62,259 bases of DNA, filler included, from 6 parts of 6 records of this genome joined end to end with filler, not necessarily neighbours in it, one strand, 5' to 3'; counted from the whole stretch's first letter, positions 40,315 through 49,854 are shown. Notes: generated by a model from the sequence alone, not told the origin. Numbers and translations: made by a program.

Positions 40315-41208
40315 CTAAACTTTATCGGGCTTGCTGACGCTGACCACCGGGCAGTTTGCCCTTAAGATGACCTGCTCAACAGTAGAACCGATACGTGCTC
40401 TTTCCGGATCAAGCTCGTTGGTGTGGTGGGCGAGACAGATAAGGTCCACGCTCTTTTCACGCGCAAGCTTGACGATTTCGACGTAGGGAGTTCCTTCCCA
40501 TACTTCGATGTCGTAGTTTTTGAAATCGCCCATGAGCGGGACATAGGTTTCTCTGATCCGTTTGCGGGCAATGATCAGATTTTCCTCGATTTCGTTCTGG
40601 TCCAGAACCTTGCCGCTGATATCCAGGGCATGGAAGATAGTCAGGTCGCAGTCGAGTTCGCGGGCAGTGGACAGAGCGAATTTGAATGCGCTCTCAGCCT
40701 GCTTGGAGAAGTCGGTACCAAAAAGGATATTGGAGAACCCGCCCCAGTAGGATGCGGATTCACGGTGTACGGAAAGAACCGGGCAGCGAGCAGCTTTAGC
40801 CACTTTCTGCAGGGTGCTTCCGGGGTAGCCCTTGTGGAAGGATGCATTTTCGCCGGAGCTTGCAGCCATAACCACGAGATCGCTGTCAGCCTTGCGGGCT
40901 TCACGCAGGATTTCACGGGCAGGTACACCGGTTGTCAGAACGATCTTGGCGTTGTCAGCTCCTTCGAACTGTTTGGCAAAGGTGGTCTTAAGTTCTTCTT
41001 CGACCCAGGAGAGGTATTCCTCATCAACCTCAACCTCTTCACCGGTACGCACATCATTGACAACATGAGAGAATGCCTTGGTAGGCACTCCCACAACATG
41101 GAAGATGGTTACTTCGGAACCATAGCGTTTCGCCATGTCGAAGGCTACGCGGGCGGCACCAAAGCTCGCGGGGGAGCCGGTGGTCGCCAAAAGGATTTTC
41201 TTAAACAT
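40315..41208 (-). CDS. Tandem-domain universal stress protein
   Basis: FKKILLAT, G.P..EI, GST...V...A.CPV repeated twice. Confidence 0.92.
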   Translation of the reverse strand: MFKKILLATTGSPASFGAARVAFDMAKRYGSEVTIFHVVGVPTKAFSHVVNDVRTGEEVEVDEEYLSWVEEELKTTFAKQFEGADNAKIVLTTGVPAREILREARKADSDLVVMAASSGENASFHKGYPGSTLQKVAKAARCPVLSVHRESASYWGGFSNILFGTDFSKQAESAFKFALSTARELDCDLTIFHALDISGKVLDQNEIEENLIIARKRIRETYVPLMGDFKNYDIEVWEGTPYVEIVKLAREKSVDLICLAHHTNELDPERARIGSTVEQVILRANCPVVSVSKPDKV

Positions 41209-41265
41209 GTGACACCTCGTTCGTTGCGGACAATATCAGATCACCAGTCAAGGAGACGGGCGTTA

Positions 41266-41389
41266 CTACCATTCGACACGCATGCCTTCAGGAATATCGA
41301 GCATACCGATAATCAGAGGCTTGAGGAAGGACCAGCGGATGCCGATTTCGTATTCCTCTTCAAGGTCACGGATGGCGTCCCAGCAGTTA
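41266..41389 (-). CDS. C-terminal fragment of a CCG-domain Fe-S protein (HmcF/TmcB-like)
   Basis: [40 protein letters not shown]; upstream of USP/receiver genes, as near tmc/hmc loci. Confidence 0.5.
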
Positions 41390-41489
41390 NNNNNNNNNNN
41401 NNNNNNNNNNNNNNNNNNNNNNNNNNNNNNNNNTTAATTAATTAANNNNNNNNNNNNNNNNNNNNNNNNNNNNNNNNNNNNNNNNNNNN
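41390..41489. other. Artificial contig spacer
   Basis: Same structure. Confidence 0.99.
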
Positions 41490-41791
41490 GGAGGGATGAC
41501 CTGAAGTATTCCTATAATGGGTTCCAGCAGCTCCCTGAGGGTTTTCGCGAGGCTGCAGATCATACCCACTGCGAAGCCGGCCAGTGTCCCGATCGCCAGG
41601 GCCGTTAGCAGACGGGTCAGGGTGGTCAGTATGGTCCGCAGCAGATCCGGGCGAGTGGCGATCTCCAGAATCTTCAGACCTACCGCCGGAATGCCGGGGA
41701 TGACAAGGGGCGGGTAGATCCGGGACAGGGCAAACCAGATGAGCAATGCCAGGGCCAGCGCACCGGCTTTGGCTTTAGTTCCGGCCCGCAT
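41490..41791 (-). CDS. ABC permease (NitT/TauT type), 3'-truncated
   Basis: MRAGTK..LLIWFALS..PGIPAV..TL.RL..G...G..LEPII..LQVIP; start overlaps the SBP end. Confidence 0.8.
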
Positions 41792-42778
41792 AGTAGAGGC
41801 CGTCGCCGGGGATCTTTCCTCCCACAGACTTGGGGTTCGCTGCGTACAGGAGTTCAAAAAGCGCGTTGCAGTCGTCCCTGGCGTCCTGAGCGCTCAGATA
41901 CTTTATGCCCATACGGGGAATCCCTTTCGCGAATACGGCGGCGGGCATCCCCAGCTTTTCGTGGGCCAGCTGCGCGGCTTCTTCGGGATTGGCCACCACC
42001 CATTCCAGAGCCTTCTCATACTCTGTCTCGAACGCCGCCGCCACATCGGGATGGGCCTCGGCAAAGGAATTGCGCAGGGCCCAGGCGGCGTTGGGCTGAT
42101 CCGAATCGTCCTGCTTCAGTTCCCGCCAGCAGTCGGTAAAGGAGTAGACCGATCTGACGTCGGCGTTCTTCATCATGCTCATGGTGCACTGCGGTTCAAT
42201 CTGCGTGGCGTATTCGATCTCGCCTGCGGCCATCAGATTGGCGATCTCCGCCTGTGTGGAGTAGATAATATTCAAATCTTTCTTCAGATCCAGCCCCGCA
42301 TTCTGCATAAACAGCAGGGTCAGGAGATCAGGGGGGAGGACCGGAGGGGGATGTAGACGGTTTCGCCCTTCAGGTCTGTCCAGCTGCTGAACTCGGGATC
42401 GGTGGTGGTGAAGTAGGTGACGCCCCAGGTGTTCACGTTGCTGATCTTGAAAGGCATGCCCTTGTTGTAGAGCTTGGCCGCAACCGTCAGGGGAAGGGCG
42501 AACATATCCCCTTCAGAGCCCTGAAGCATGGCGATAAGCTGTTCGGGCGAAGACCAGAGGCTGTAGTCCAGATTCACGTCCTCTCCCATGGCATCTGTCT
42601 CGATCATCCGTAGCAGGGGGAGGGCGGGGGGCGCCGTGGGAACGCCGCAGTTGATTGTCAAAGGCGCTGCGCCGTCAGAAGGGCCCGTGTGTTTTTCGCC
42701 CGTTCCGGCTGCGAAAAGAAGCGAATGCCCTGCGACGATCAGAACGACCGTAAAAAAAAGTCTCAGTTTTGTATTCAT
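41775..42778 (-). pseudogene. NitT/TauT (NMT1-like) substrate-binding protein split by a 1-nt frameshift in a C6 run
   Basis: The ORFs ending at 42320 and starting at 42308 join as ..IPLRSSPPDLLTLLFMQNAG.. if C6 (G6 at 42331-42336) is C7; LFAAGTGE Spirochaetaceae-type signal. Confidence 0.8.
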
Positions 42779-42845
42779 CTTATCCTGCTTTCTCCTTTTC
42801 AAGGATATCGTTTTAGAATATCCTACCATTGTTAGTATTGGTTAA

Positions 42846-42863
42846 CTGTTGCCGTTGCAACAG
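42846..42863. promoter_or_regulatory. Palindrome CTGTTGC-N4-GCAACAG, probable Crp/Fnr (HcpR-like) site
   Basis: Perfect 7-bp arms between the divergent SBP and Crp/Fnr genes. Confidence 0.65.
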
Positions 42864-42875
42864 GGAAGGCGGAAA

Positions 42876-43556
42876 ATGGAAATATCTTTCAGCGAAGAGG
42901 AAGTCGAGACGCTACTGCGCAATCCTCTGTTCTCAGGTTTCATGAGGGAAACCCTTCCCCTGGCCATGCGCTGCCTCAAAGCGGAGCGGAAAAGAGTGGG
43001 GCCGGGGATCGCGCTCTACCCCTATGGCGAGGTTCCGACAAAGGCCGCCGTCATCCTCCGGGGGAGCGTCGATGTCTCCCAGTACAGTTCCGACGGGCAC
43101 CATATTCTTATCGGCAGGATGAAGGAAGGGGAAATGCTGGCAGAGTCTCTGGTCTGCCACTCCTGTGCCAACAGTATCCTGGATATCCGCACATCCCGGG
43201 ATTCCGTTCTGCTCTATCTCAGCCTGCCTTCAAAGGAGAACAGGAGCCAGAAGGCCTGTCCTTATTATAATCTGATCCTGCAGAATCTGGTCTGTCACAT
43301 GGCTGAGAAGATGGTGGAACTGAATAAGAAGGTTCAGATTCTCGGGCAGAGGACCCTGAGGGAGAAGCTGATCTGCCACTTAGAGAATCTGGCAAAGGAA
43401 CAGCGCAGCAGGACCGTGACACTGGGCTATACCCGGGAGGTCCTCGCCTCCATCGTGTCAGCCGACAGAAGCGCCGTCAGCAGGGAGCTGGGGCATATGC
43501 AGAGGGACGGTTTGATCGTTCTGGAGAAGAACGGCATCGCCCTGGCAGCCGTATAG
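42876..43556 (+). CDS. Crp/Fnr family transcriptional regulator
   Basis: PLFSG, cNMP-type barrel, TLREKL..L, HTH TREVLASIVSADRSAVSREL. Confidence 0.9.
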   Translation: MEISFSEEEVETLLRNPLFSGFMRETLPLAMRCLKAERKRVGPGIALYPYGEVPTKAAVILRGSVDVSQYSSDGHHILIGRMKEGEMLAESLVCHSCANSILDIRTSRDSVLLYLSLPSKENRSQKACPYYNLILQNLVCHMAEKMVELNKKVQILGQRTLREKLICHLENLAKEQRSRTVTLGYTREVLASIVSADRSAVSRELGHMQRDGLIVLEKNGIALAAV

Positions 43557-43611
43557 TGCGAACCGGCCTCAGTATTTTTCAGGATATGAGCCTCTTGTAA
43601 TAAAGTAAGTC

Positions 43612-43668
43612 TTGCATAATAAATTAAGACGTGTTAACTTCCAATAAAGACCAATGGTTCTTATTGGA
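43612..43668 (+). promoter_or_regulatory. tetR promoter and inverted-repeat operator
   Basis: TTGCAT-N17-TAACTT (43612-43640), then TCCAATAAAGACC-aat-GGTTCTTATTGGA. Confidence 0.65.
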
Positions 43669-43673
43669 GTGTT

Positions 43674-44285
43674 ATGCAAGTCAAGAAAGATGAAGTCAAA
43701 GCGCTTATCCTCAATGCGTCCAAGCGGGAGTTTCTGGAACTCGGTTTTGAGAAGGCGTCTCTCAGGCAAATCGCCGCTCAGGCCGGTGTGACCAAGGGGA
43801 ACATATATACCTATTTCAAGAATAAGGATGAGCTGTTCTGTTCAATCGTGGAACCGGCGGTGTCATTGATCCGGGATTACATGAAGGAAGAGGAGTATAT
43901 CCCCGATTACGGCAAGGACCCCGTTTCGTCAGAGAAGCTTTCCTGTGAAACATACCACCGCTTTGTCAACGGTCTGTCCCTTTACCGGGATGAGCTCAAA
44001 TTGCTGTTTTTTTCTTCCGCCGGATCTGGCTACGCGGGATTCAAAGAGGACGTCTATCGTCTGCATACCGAAAGCTGCCGGAACTTCTTCCGCCAGTGGT
44101 TTGCCCTGAATCCGGATAAACAGATAGAGGTCTCGGACATGCTGCTCCACAGTTTCGGCTCCCTCTTTCTCAGCTTTATAGAAGAGATTCTGGTTCATGA
44201 GCCGGACGATGAGGAGATGGGAAACTACATCAATCAGATGGCGACGTTTGTCACCGGCGGAATGATGAAGCTGATCAATGCGTAA
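43674..44285 (+). CDS. TetR/AcrR family regulator
   Basis: EFLELGFEKASLRQIAAQAGVTKGNIYTYFKNKDELF. Confidence 0.93.
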   Translation: MQVKKDEVKALILNASKREFLELGFEKASLRQIAAQAGVTKGNIYTYFKNKDELFCSIVEPAVSLIRDYMKEEEYIPDYGKDPVSSEKLSCETYHRFVNGLSLYRDELKLLFFSSAGSGYAGFKEDVYRLHTESCRNFFRQWFALNPDKQIEVSDMLLHSFGSLFLSFIEEILVHEPDDEEMGNYINQMATFVTGGMMKLINA

Positions 44286-44585
44286 TTAACCGTAAATACG
44301 ATAGACGGGGGGAATATGGAAGAGAACATCCTTGACGGGAATACAAGAGCGGAGCACGGTGGAAGCTTTGCAGAACTCCCTGACGGCTGGACACCTTGCT
44401 CATTATGAGATTTCAGAAATCCTGAATTCTCTGCTGCCGGCGTTTTTCAGTTAGCAGGTTTTACCTGATCTGAATGTTCGCTGCGGAATTCAGTAGTTTG
44501 CCGGAACGGAGCGGAATATCTGTTTCGTTATAGTGATATAGATTCAGGTTAGCTGATAAAGGTAATTATTTATTGAGGTTTGTGT

Positions 44586-45968
44586 ATGGACAAGGATAAG
44601 CAGAAGAACATGATCTTAAACGACAATCTCTGGGAAGTTATGGTTAGACTGTCCTGGCCGGCGGTAATTGCCATGGTGCTCTACGGATTGAACACGGTAT
44701 TCGATGCGATTTTTGTCGGTCGTTTCGTCGGGGAGACGGCCCTGGCGGGAGTCTCGTTAGCTTATCCGCTGAGCCAGCTGTCCTTGGGGTTCGGTTCACT
44801 TATCGGTGTAGGGGCGGGTTCGGTTTTGAGTATCGCCCTGGGCGCCGGGGACCGAGGTACACAGAAAAAGCTGTTGGGGAATGTGAATTACCTGAATGTT
44901 CTGTACGGTATCGGCCTGACTGTGGTCGGCCTGATCTTTGCGCGGCCCCTGGTCCGGATGATGGGTGGCTCGGGAGCGGAGCTGGGTCTCGGCGTTGATT
45001 ACTTTCGGGTGACTTTGTTCGGCGCGATATTCTGGATTGCCGGGCTGTCGGGAAATATGATTGTGCGCTCGGAAGGCAAAATGGGTTCGGCGGCGATTAT
45101 GATGGCCATAGGTCTGGTTGTAAATATAATCGCCAACTATATATTGATAGTCCTTCTCGGTTTCGGTGTAAAAGGGGCCGCCTGGGGGACTAATCTGGGC
45201 ATGCTTGTCTATACGATCATTTTCTTTGTTTATGCGTCGGGCCGTCGAGTTTCCTTTGATGCCAGGCCTTTATCGTATTCCCGGGATAAGGACATCATAA
45301 AACTGATTATTTCCAATGGCTTTCCCTCTTTGATTATGCAACTTATGATGCTGATTCAGGGCATTGTCGTGCTGAATGCTCTCAGCCGTTACGGTTCCAC
45401 AGCCGATATCGCCTTCTATGGCATTGTCTATCGCGTGTTCATGTTTATGCTCACCCCCATCTTTGGTTTGATGAGAGCCCTTCAGCCGGCTGTGGGAATC
45501 AACTTCGGTGCGGAGAAGTATGATAGGGTGATCGGCAGTTTCAAGATATTCGGTGTGGCCGCAACGATCCTTATGGCGCCTTTCTGGGCGGTTATGATGG
45601 TGAACCCAGAGCTTGTCTTGCATTTAATGCTGCCGGAAAGAGAGTTCCTTGTTGCCGATATTGCCAACTTTCGCATATTTATAGCACTGTTACCGGTCCT
45701 GCCTATTCTTTTTATGGCTATGACCTTCTTCCCCGCAATTAATAACAGCAAACCTGTGTCGATAATGGGGATTGCCCGCCAGCTGGTCTTCTATGTGCCG
45801 GTAATGCTGACTCTTCCGAGATTTTTCGGAGTGAATTGGGTCTATATCGGTTCATTCTGTATCGATCTAGTGATAATCGTCTGGGTGTTTTTTATGGTCT
45901 TCGCTGAGTTCGGAAAACTGCGGCGGGGCGATGTAAGAAGAATAGAAGCCTCAGTGGCTGTTGAATAG
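44586..45968 (+). CDS. MATE family efflux transporter
   Basis: SWPAVI..D.IFVG..G..ALAGV, LGFGVKGAAWGT, GINFGA..YDRV; about 12 TM segments. Confidence 0.92.
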   Translation: MDKDKQKNMILNDNLWEVMVRLSWPAVIAMVLYGLNTVFDAIFVGRFVGETALAGVSLAYPLSQLSLGFGSLIGVGAGSVLSIALGAGDRGTQKKLLGNVNYLNVLYGIGLTVVGLIFARPLVRMMGGSGAELGLGVDYFRVTLFGAIFWIAGLSGNMIVRSEGKMGSAAIMMAIGLVVNIIANYILIVLLGFGVKGAAWGTNLGMLVYTIIFFVYASGRRVSFDARPLSYSRDKDIIKLIISNGFPSLIMQLMMLIQGIVVLNALSRYGSTADIAFYGIVYRVFMFMLTPIFGLMRALQPAVGINFGAEKYDRVIGSFKIFGVAATILMAPFWAVMMVNPELVLHLMLPEREFLVADIANFRIFIALLPVLPILFMAMTFFPAINNSKPVSIMGIARQLVFYVPVMLTLPRFFGVNWVYIGSFCIDLVIIVWVFFMVFAEFGKLRRGDVRRIEASVAVE

Positions 45969-45996
45969 AAAAGATCTTACCGTTAGGAGAAGTTTA

Positions 45997-47778
45997 ATGA
46001 AAAAAAAGTCTGTACTGAAAAGGCTGCAGAACTACATGGGAGGCCGCAGGGCTTTGCTGCCTCTATCGCTTGTGACCTCGGCTTTGTCGGCCGCAGCGGG
46101 GATGATGCCGTATATCTTTATCTGGCTGATCGTGCGGGAGCTTTTTACGAACTCAGGCCGGATCGCGGGGACCGGCGTCATTGGCTATGCCTGGTGGGCC
46201 GCGGGTGTGGCCGTCCTGAGCGTGGCCCTCTACTTCATAGCTCTGATGAGTTCCCATCTGGCGGCCTTCAGGGTCGAGGGGAATATCCGCCGGGAGGCCA
46301 TGAAGAAGATCGTCAGAATGCCCCTGGGGTTTTTCGATAACAACACCAGCGGACGCATCAGGAAGATCATCGATGACGACAGCAGTACGACCCATACCTT
46401 CCTGGCCCATCAGCTGCCCGATTTCGCGGGGACCATCGTCATGCCCCTGGCGACTGTTGCCATGATCTTTGTCTTCGACTGGCGTCTGGGGCTGGCCTGC
46501 CTGATCCCGCTGGTCCTGGCATTCGGGACGATGGGTACCATGATGACCACAAGCTCCAGGAAATTCCAGAAACTCTATATGGACGCCCTGGAGGTCATGA
46601 GTACCGAAGCCGTCGAATATGTCCGGGGGATCCCGGTGGTGAAGGTCTTTCAGCAGACTGTCTTTTCCTTCAAGCGCTTCCACGACAGCATCCGGAAATA
46701 CAATGACCTGGTAAAAACATATACCGACAGCTGGGAGAGGCCTTACTCCTTCTACGGAGTGATTGTTCATTGTTTCGCCTTCTTTCTGGTTCCCATGGCC
46801 ATTCTTCTGATTGGAAGAACGGGTAACTCTTCAGAGGTCATAGTGGATATGTTCCTCTATGTTCTTCTCACCCCCATACTCTCGGTCAATATAATGAAGA
46901 GCATGCATATCAACCAGAACCTCTTCCTTGCGGAGGAAGCTATCACTCGGATTGAGAATCTGACGGATGTCCCGCTTCATCCCTGTGCGGAGAATCCTGC
47001 GCGCATGGAGGGCTTCGATGTGGCTTTCAATGATGTCTCATTTAAGTATCCCGGGGTCGAGAAAAAGGCTGTCGACGGGGTGAGCTTCGCTATTCCTCAG
47101 GGGCAGACCTTCGCCCTGGTCGGGGCCTCGGGGGGCGGCAAGACGACCATAGCCAGACTGATCCCCCGGTTCTGGGATGTCCTGGACGGCAGCGTCGCCA
47201 TAGGCGGCGTCGATGTCAGAGACATCTCGAAAGAAGATCTTATGAGCAATGTCTCTTTTGTGTTCCAGAATACGAAGCTTTTCAAAACAAGCCTTCTCGA
47301 GAACATTCGATACGGGAACCCGGATGCCTCCATGGAGGAGGTGGAGCGGGCCCTCGAACTCGCCCAGTGCCGTGAGATCATCGATCGGCTGCCCTATGGG
47401 CTCGATACCAGGATAGGCGCGGACGGAACCTATCTTTCCGGCGGCGAGCAGCAGCGGATCGCTCTGGCCAGGGCCTTTCTCAAGGACGCGCCCCTTGTGG
47501 TTCTGGATGAGGCCACAGCTTTCGCTGACCCGGAAAACGAACATCTGCTGCAGAAGGCATTGCGGGAGCTTATGAGAGGGAAGACCGTGCTTATGATAGC
47601 CCATCGCCTGACCAGTGTTCAGGACGTGGATAAAATCCTCGTGATCAATGAGGGAAAGGTCGCCGAAGCCGGTTCTCACAGGGAACTGCTGGATAGTGAC
47701 GGTATTTACACGCATATGTGGAACGAGTATCAGCGGGCTGTTGAATGGACAGTCGAATCGGAGGTGAGTTATGCTTAA
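45997..47778 (+). CDS. ABC transporter TMD-NBD (IrtA/YbtP-like)
   Basis: SHLAAF, LAHQLPD, EYVRGIPVVKVF, GASGGGKT, LSGGEQQ, LDEATAFADPENE; AGGAG RBS. Confidence 0.9.
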   Translation: MKKKSVLKRLQNYMGGRRALLPLSLVTSALSAAAGMMPYIFIWLIVRELFTNSGRIAGTGVIGYAWWAAGVAVLSVALYFIALMSSHLAAFRVEGNIRREAMKKIVRMPLGFFDNNTSGRIRKIIDDDSSTTHTFLAHQLPDFAGTIVMPLATVAMIFVFDWRLGLACLIPLVLAFGTMGTMMTTSSRKFQKLYMDALEVMSTEAVEYVRGIPVVKVFQQTVFSFKRFHDSIRKYNDLVKTYTDSWERPYSFYGVIVHCFAFFLVPMAILLIGRTGNSSEVIVDMFLYVLLTPILSVNIMKSMHINQNLFLAEEAITRIENLTDVPLHPCAENPARMEGFDVAFNDVSFKYPGVEKKAVDGVSFAIPQGQTFALVGASGGGKTTIARLIPRFWDVLDGSVAIGGVDVRDISKEDLMSNVSFVFQNTKLFKTSLLENIRYGNPDASMEEVERALELAQCREIIDRLPYGLDTRIGADGTYLSGGEQQRIALARAFLKDAPLVVLDEATAFADPENEHLLQKALRELMRGKTVLMIAHRLTSVQDVDKILVINEGKVAEAGSHRELLDSDGIYTHMWNEYQRAVEWTVESEVSYA

Positions 47779-49516
47779 GTTTTTTCAGAATCGTTTTGCC
47801 ATGTCTGAGCAGGGCGCCGCGGATTTTGCCAAAGGGATTTTTTTCACCTTTCTGCATTTTCTGTCGCTCATGCTTCCCCCTGTTTTCGTCTGTTTCTTCC
47901 TCCGGGAGTATCTGCAGCCGGTTCTGGGGGCGGCCTCCTTCAGCGGTCACGGATTCACATTCTATCTGATTGCCGGCTTTGCGATGATGGCCCTCATGTA
48001 CGCGATCGCCAGATTTCAGTACCGCAGTACCTTTACGGTGACCTATAACGAAAGCGCGCGGCGTCGCATCGAGCTCGCGGAAAAGCTCCGGAAACTGCCC
48101 CTGGCCTTTTTCGGCGAGAAGAACCTGTCCGATCTGACTTCGACCATCATGGACGACTGCACCGCCCTGGAGCAGATCTTCTCCCACTCGGTTCCGCAGC
48201 TCTTCGCGTCTCTTCTCAGTCTGACTTTCATAGGGCTGGGGCTTTTCTTCTACAACTGGCAGATGGCTATCGCTCTGTTCTGGGTCGTGCCTGTTGCGGC
48301 GGCTGTTATCCTGCTCTCCCGGAGATCCATGGACAAAGTCCACAGTGAGCACTACCAGGTGAAAAGAGGGGTGACCGAACAGATCCAGGAGGGGCTGGAA
48401 ACCATTCAGGAAATGAAGGCCTACAACCAGGAACAAGCCTACGTCCGCAGCCTGGATGAGAATCTGAAAGGGTACGAACGGAATCAGATTCAGGGGGAGC
48501 TTCTCGTCGGCGTCATGATCAATCTCTCCTATATCATCCTGAAGCTTGGCCTGGCGTCTGTGGCCGTGGTCGGGGTTCTGCTTCTGGAACGGGGGAGCAT
48601 CGACCTTTTCCGCTATCTGGTTTTCCTGATGGTTTCTTCCAGTATCTACAATCCAGTAATGGAAGTATTCAGCAATATCGCCGTTCTCGTTTTTCTGGAT
48701 GTTCGCATCAAGCGGATGAAGGAGATGGAAGCCATGCCCGTTCAGCAGGGCAAATCCGAATTCAATCCTGATCACTTTGATATTGAGTTTCAGAATGTTG
48801 ATTTCTCCTATGAATCGGGGAAGCAGGTACTGAGCAATGTCTCCTTCAAGGCGGAGCAGGGACAGGTTACGGCTCTTGTAGGCCCTTCGGGAGGCGGCAA
48901 GAGCACCTCAGCCAAACTGGCCGCTCGCTTCTGGGATATCGACAGAGGAAAGATCCTCCTGGGCGGGGAGGACATATCGAGCATCGAACCGGAAACCCTT
49001 TTGAGCCGCTACTCGGTTGTTTTTCAGGACGTTGTCCTCTTCAATGCGAGCATTGCGGACAATATCCGGGTCGGGAAGAAGGATGCCAGTGATGAGGAGG
49101 TGAGGCAGGCCGCCGAGGCGGCGCAATGCCATGATTTCATCGAGAGAATGCCCTCCGGATATGATACGATCATCGGCGAGAACGGCGAAACCCTTTCGGG
49201 TGGGGAAAGGCAGCGTATCTCCATTGCCAGGGCCCTTCTGAAGGATGCGCCCATCGTTCTTCTTGATGAAGCGACGGCCAGCATAGATGTTGAGAACGAA
49301 ACCAAAATACAGGCGGGCATCTCCGCATTGATCAGGAACAAGACCCTGCTGATCATCGCCCACAGGATGCGGACCATCGCCCATGCGGATAAAATCGTCG
49401 TCCTCAAGGACGGCAGGGTCGCCGAGAGCGGAAGCCACGATGAGCTTATGGGGAGGAACGGGGTTTTTGCCTCTATGGTGGACGCTCAGAAGCAGAAGGT
49501 CGCCGTTCCTCTGTAA
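47771..49516 (+). CDS. ABC transporter TMD-NBD (IrtB/YbtQ-like)
   Basis: LAEKLRKLPLAFF, GPSGGGKS, LSGGERQ, LDEATASIDVENE. Confidence 0.9.
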   Translation: MLKFFQNRFAMSEQGAADFAKGIFFTFLHFLSLMLPPVFVCFFLREYLQPVLGAASFSGHGFTFYLIAGFAMMALMYAIARFQYRSTFTVTYNESARRRIELAEKLRKLPLAFFGEKNLSDLTSTIMDDCTALEQIFSHSVPQLFASLLSLTFIGLGLFFYNWQMAIALFWVVPVAAAVILLSRRSMDKVHSEHYQVKRGVTEQIQEGLETIQEMKAYNQEQAYVRSLDENLKGYERNQIQGELLVGVMINLSYIILKLGLASVAVVGVLLLERGSIDLFRYLVFLMVSSSIYNPVMEVFSNIAVLVFLDVRIKRMKEMEAMPVQQGKSEFNPDHFDIEFQNVDFSYESGKQVLSNVSFKAEQGQVTALVGPSGGGKSTSAKLAARFWDIDRGKILLGGEDISSIEPETLLSRYSVVFQDVVLFNASIADNIRVGKKDASDEEVRQAAEAAQCHDFIERMPSGYDTIIGENGETLSGGERQRISIARALLKDAPIVLLDEATASIDVENETKIQAGISALIRNKTLLIIAHRMRTIAHADKIVVLKDGRVAESGSHDELMGRNGVFASMVDAQKQKVAVPL

Positions 49517-49613
49517 GAAGCGGGGCTCTGATCGCCGGCCCGCAGAGCGCCGGCATCGTTTTCCGCTGTGGCGAAGCGGCGGCGATCATCCTTCGGGAGT
49601 TGCGGCAATGAGC

Positions 49614-49713
49614 NNNNNNNNNNNNNNNNNNNNNNNNNNNNNNNNNNNNNNNNNNNNTTAATTAATTAANNNNNNNNNNNNNNNNNNNNNNNNNNNNNNN
49701 NNNNNNNNNNNNN
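49614..49713. other. Artificial contig spacer
   Basis: Same structure. Confidence 0.99.
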
Positions 49714-49716
49714 GAT

Positions 49717-49792
49717 GTGAGTATTGAGTGGTGAGTATTGAGGGGCACAGCTTGTTTTTAATCTCACTACTCAACACTAATAACTCAAGACT
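49717..49792. repeat. Heptamer-periodic inverted repeat array upstream of tssB
   Basis: GTGAGTA-TTGAGTG-GTGAGTA-TTGAG facing CTCACTA-CTCAACA-CTAATAA-CTCAAGA. Confidence 0.7.
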
Positions 49793-49854
49793 TTCATATA
49801 AAAAATTAACTAAATAATTAAAATTGAAAACCCGACACTCTAGGAGGAAATGAT

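Noticed and set aside
40423-41445. 340-aa plus-strand ORF
   Set aside because: Antisense shadow of the USP gene, running into the spacer
47645-48775. 376-aa minus-strand ORF and similar long antisense ORFs (46153-46770, 47038-47715, 55453-56418)
   Set aside because: Opposite well-supported ABC or T6SS genes; no motifs
49517-49613. GC-rich partial inverted repeats as REP/MITE
   Set aside because: Imperfect, single copy and truncated by the spacer
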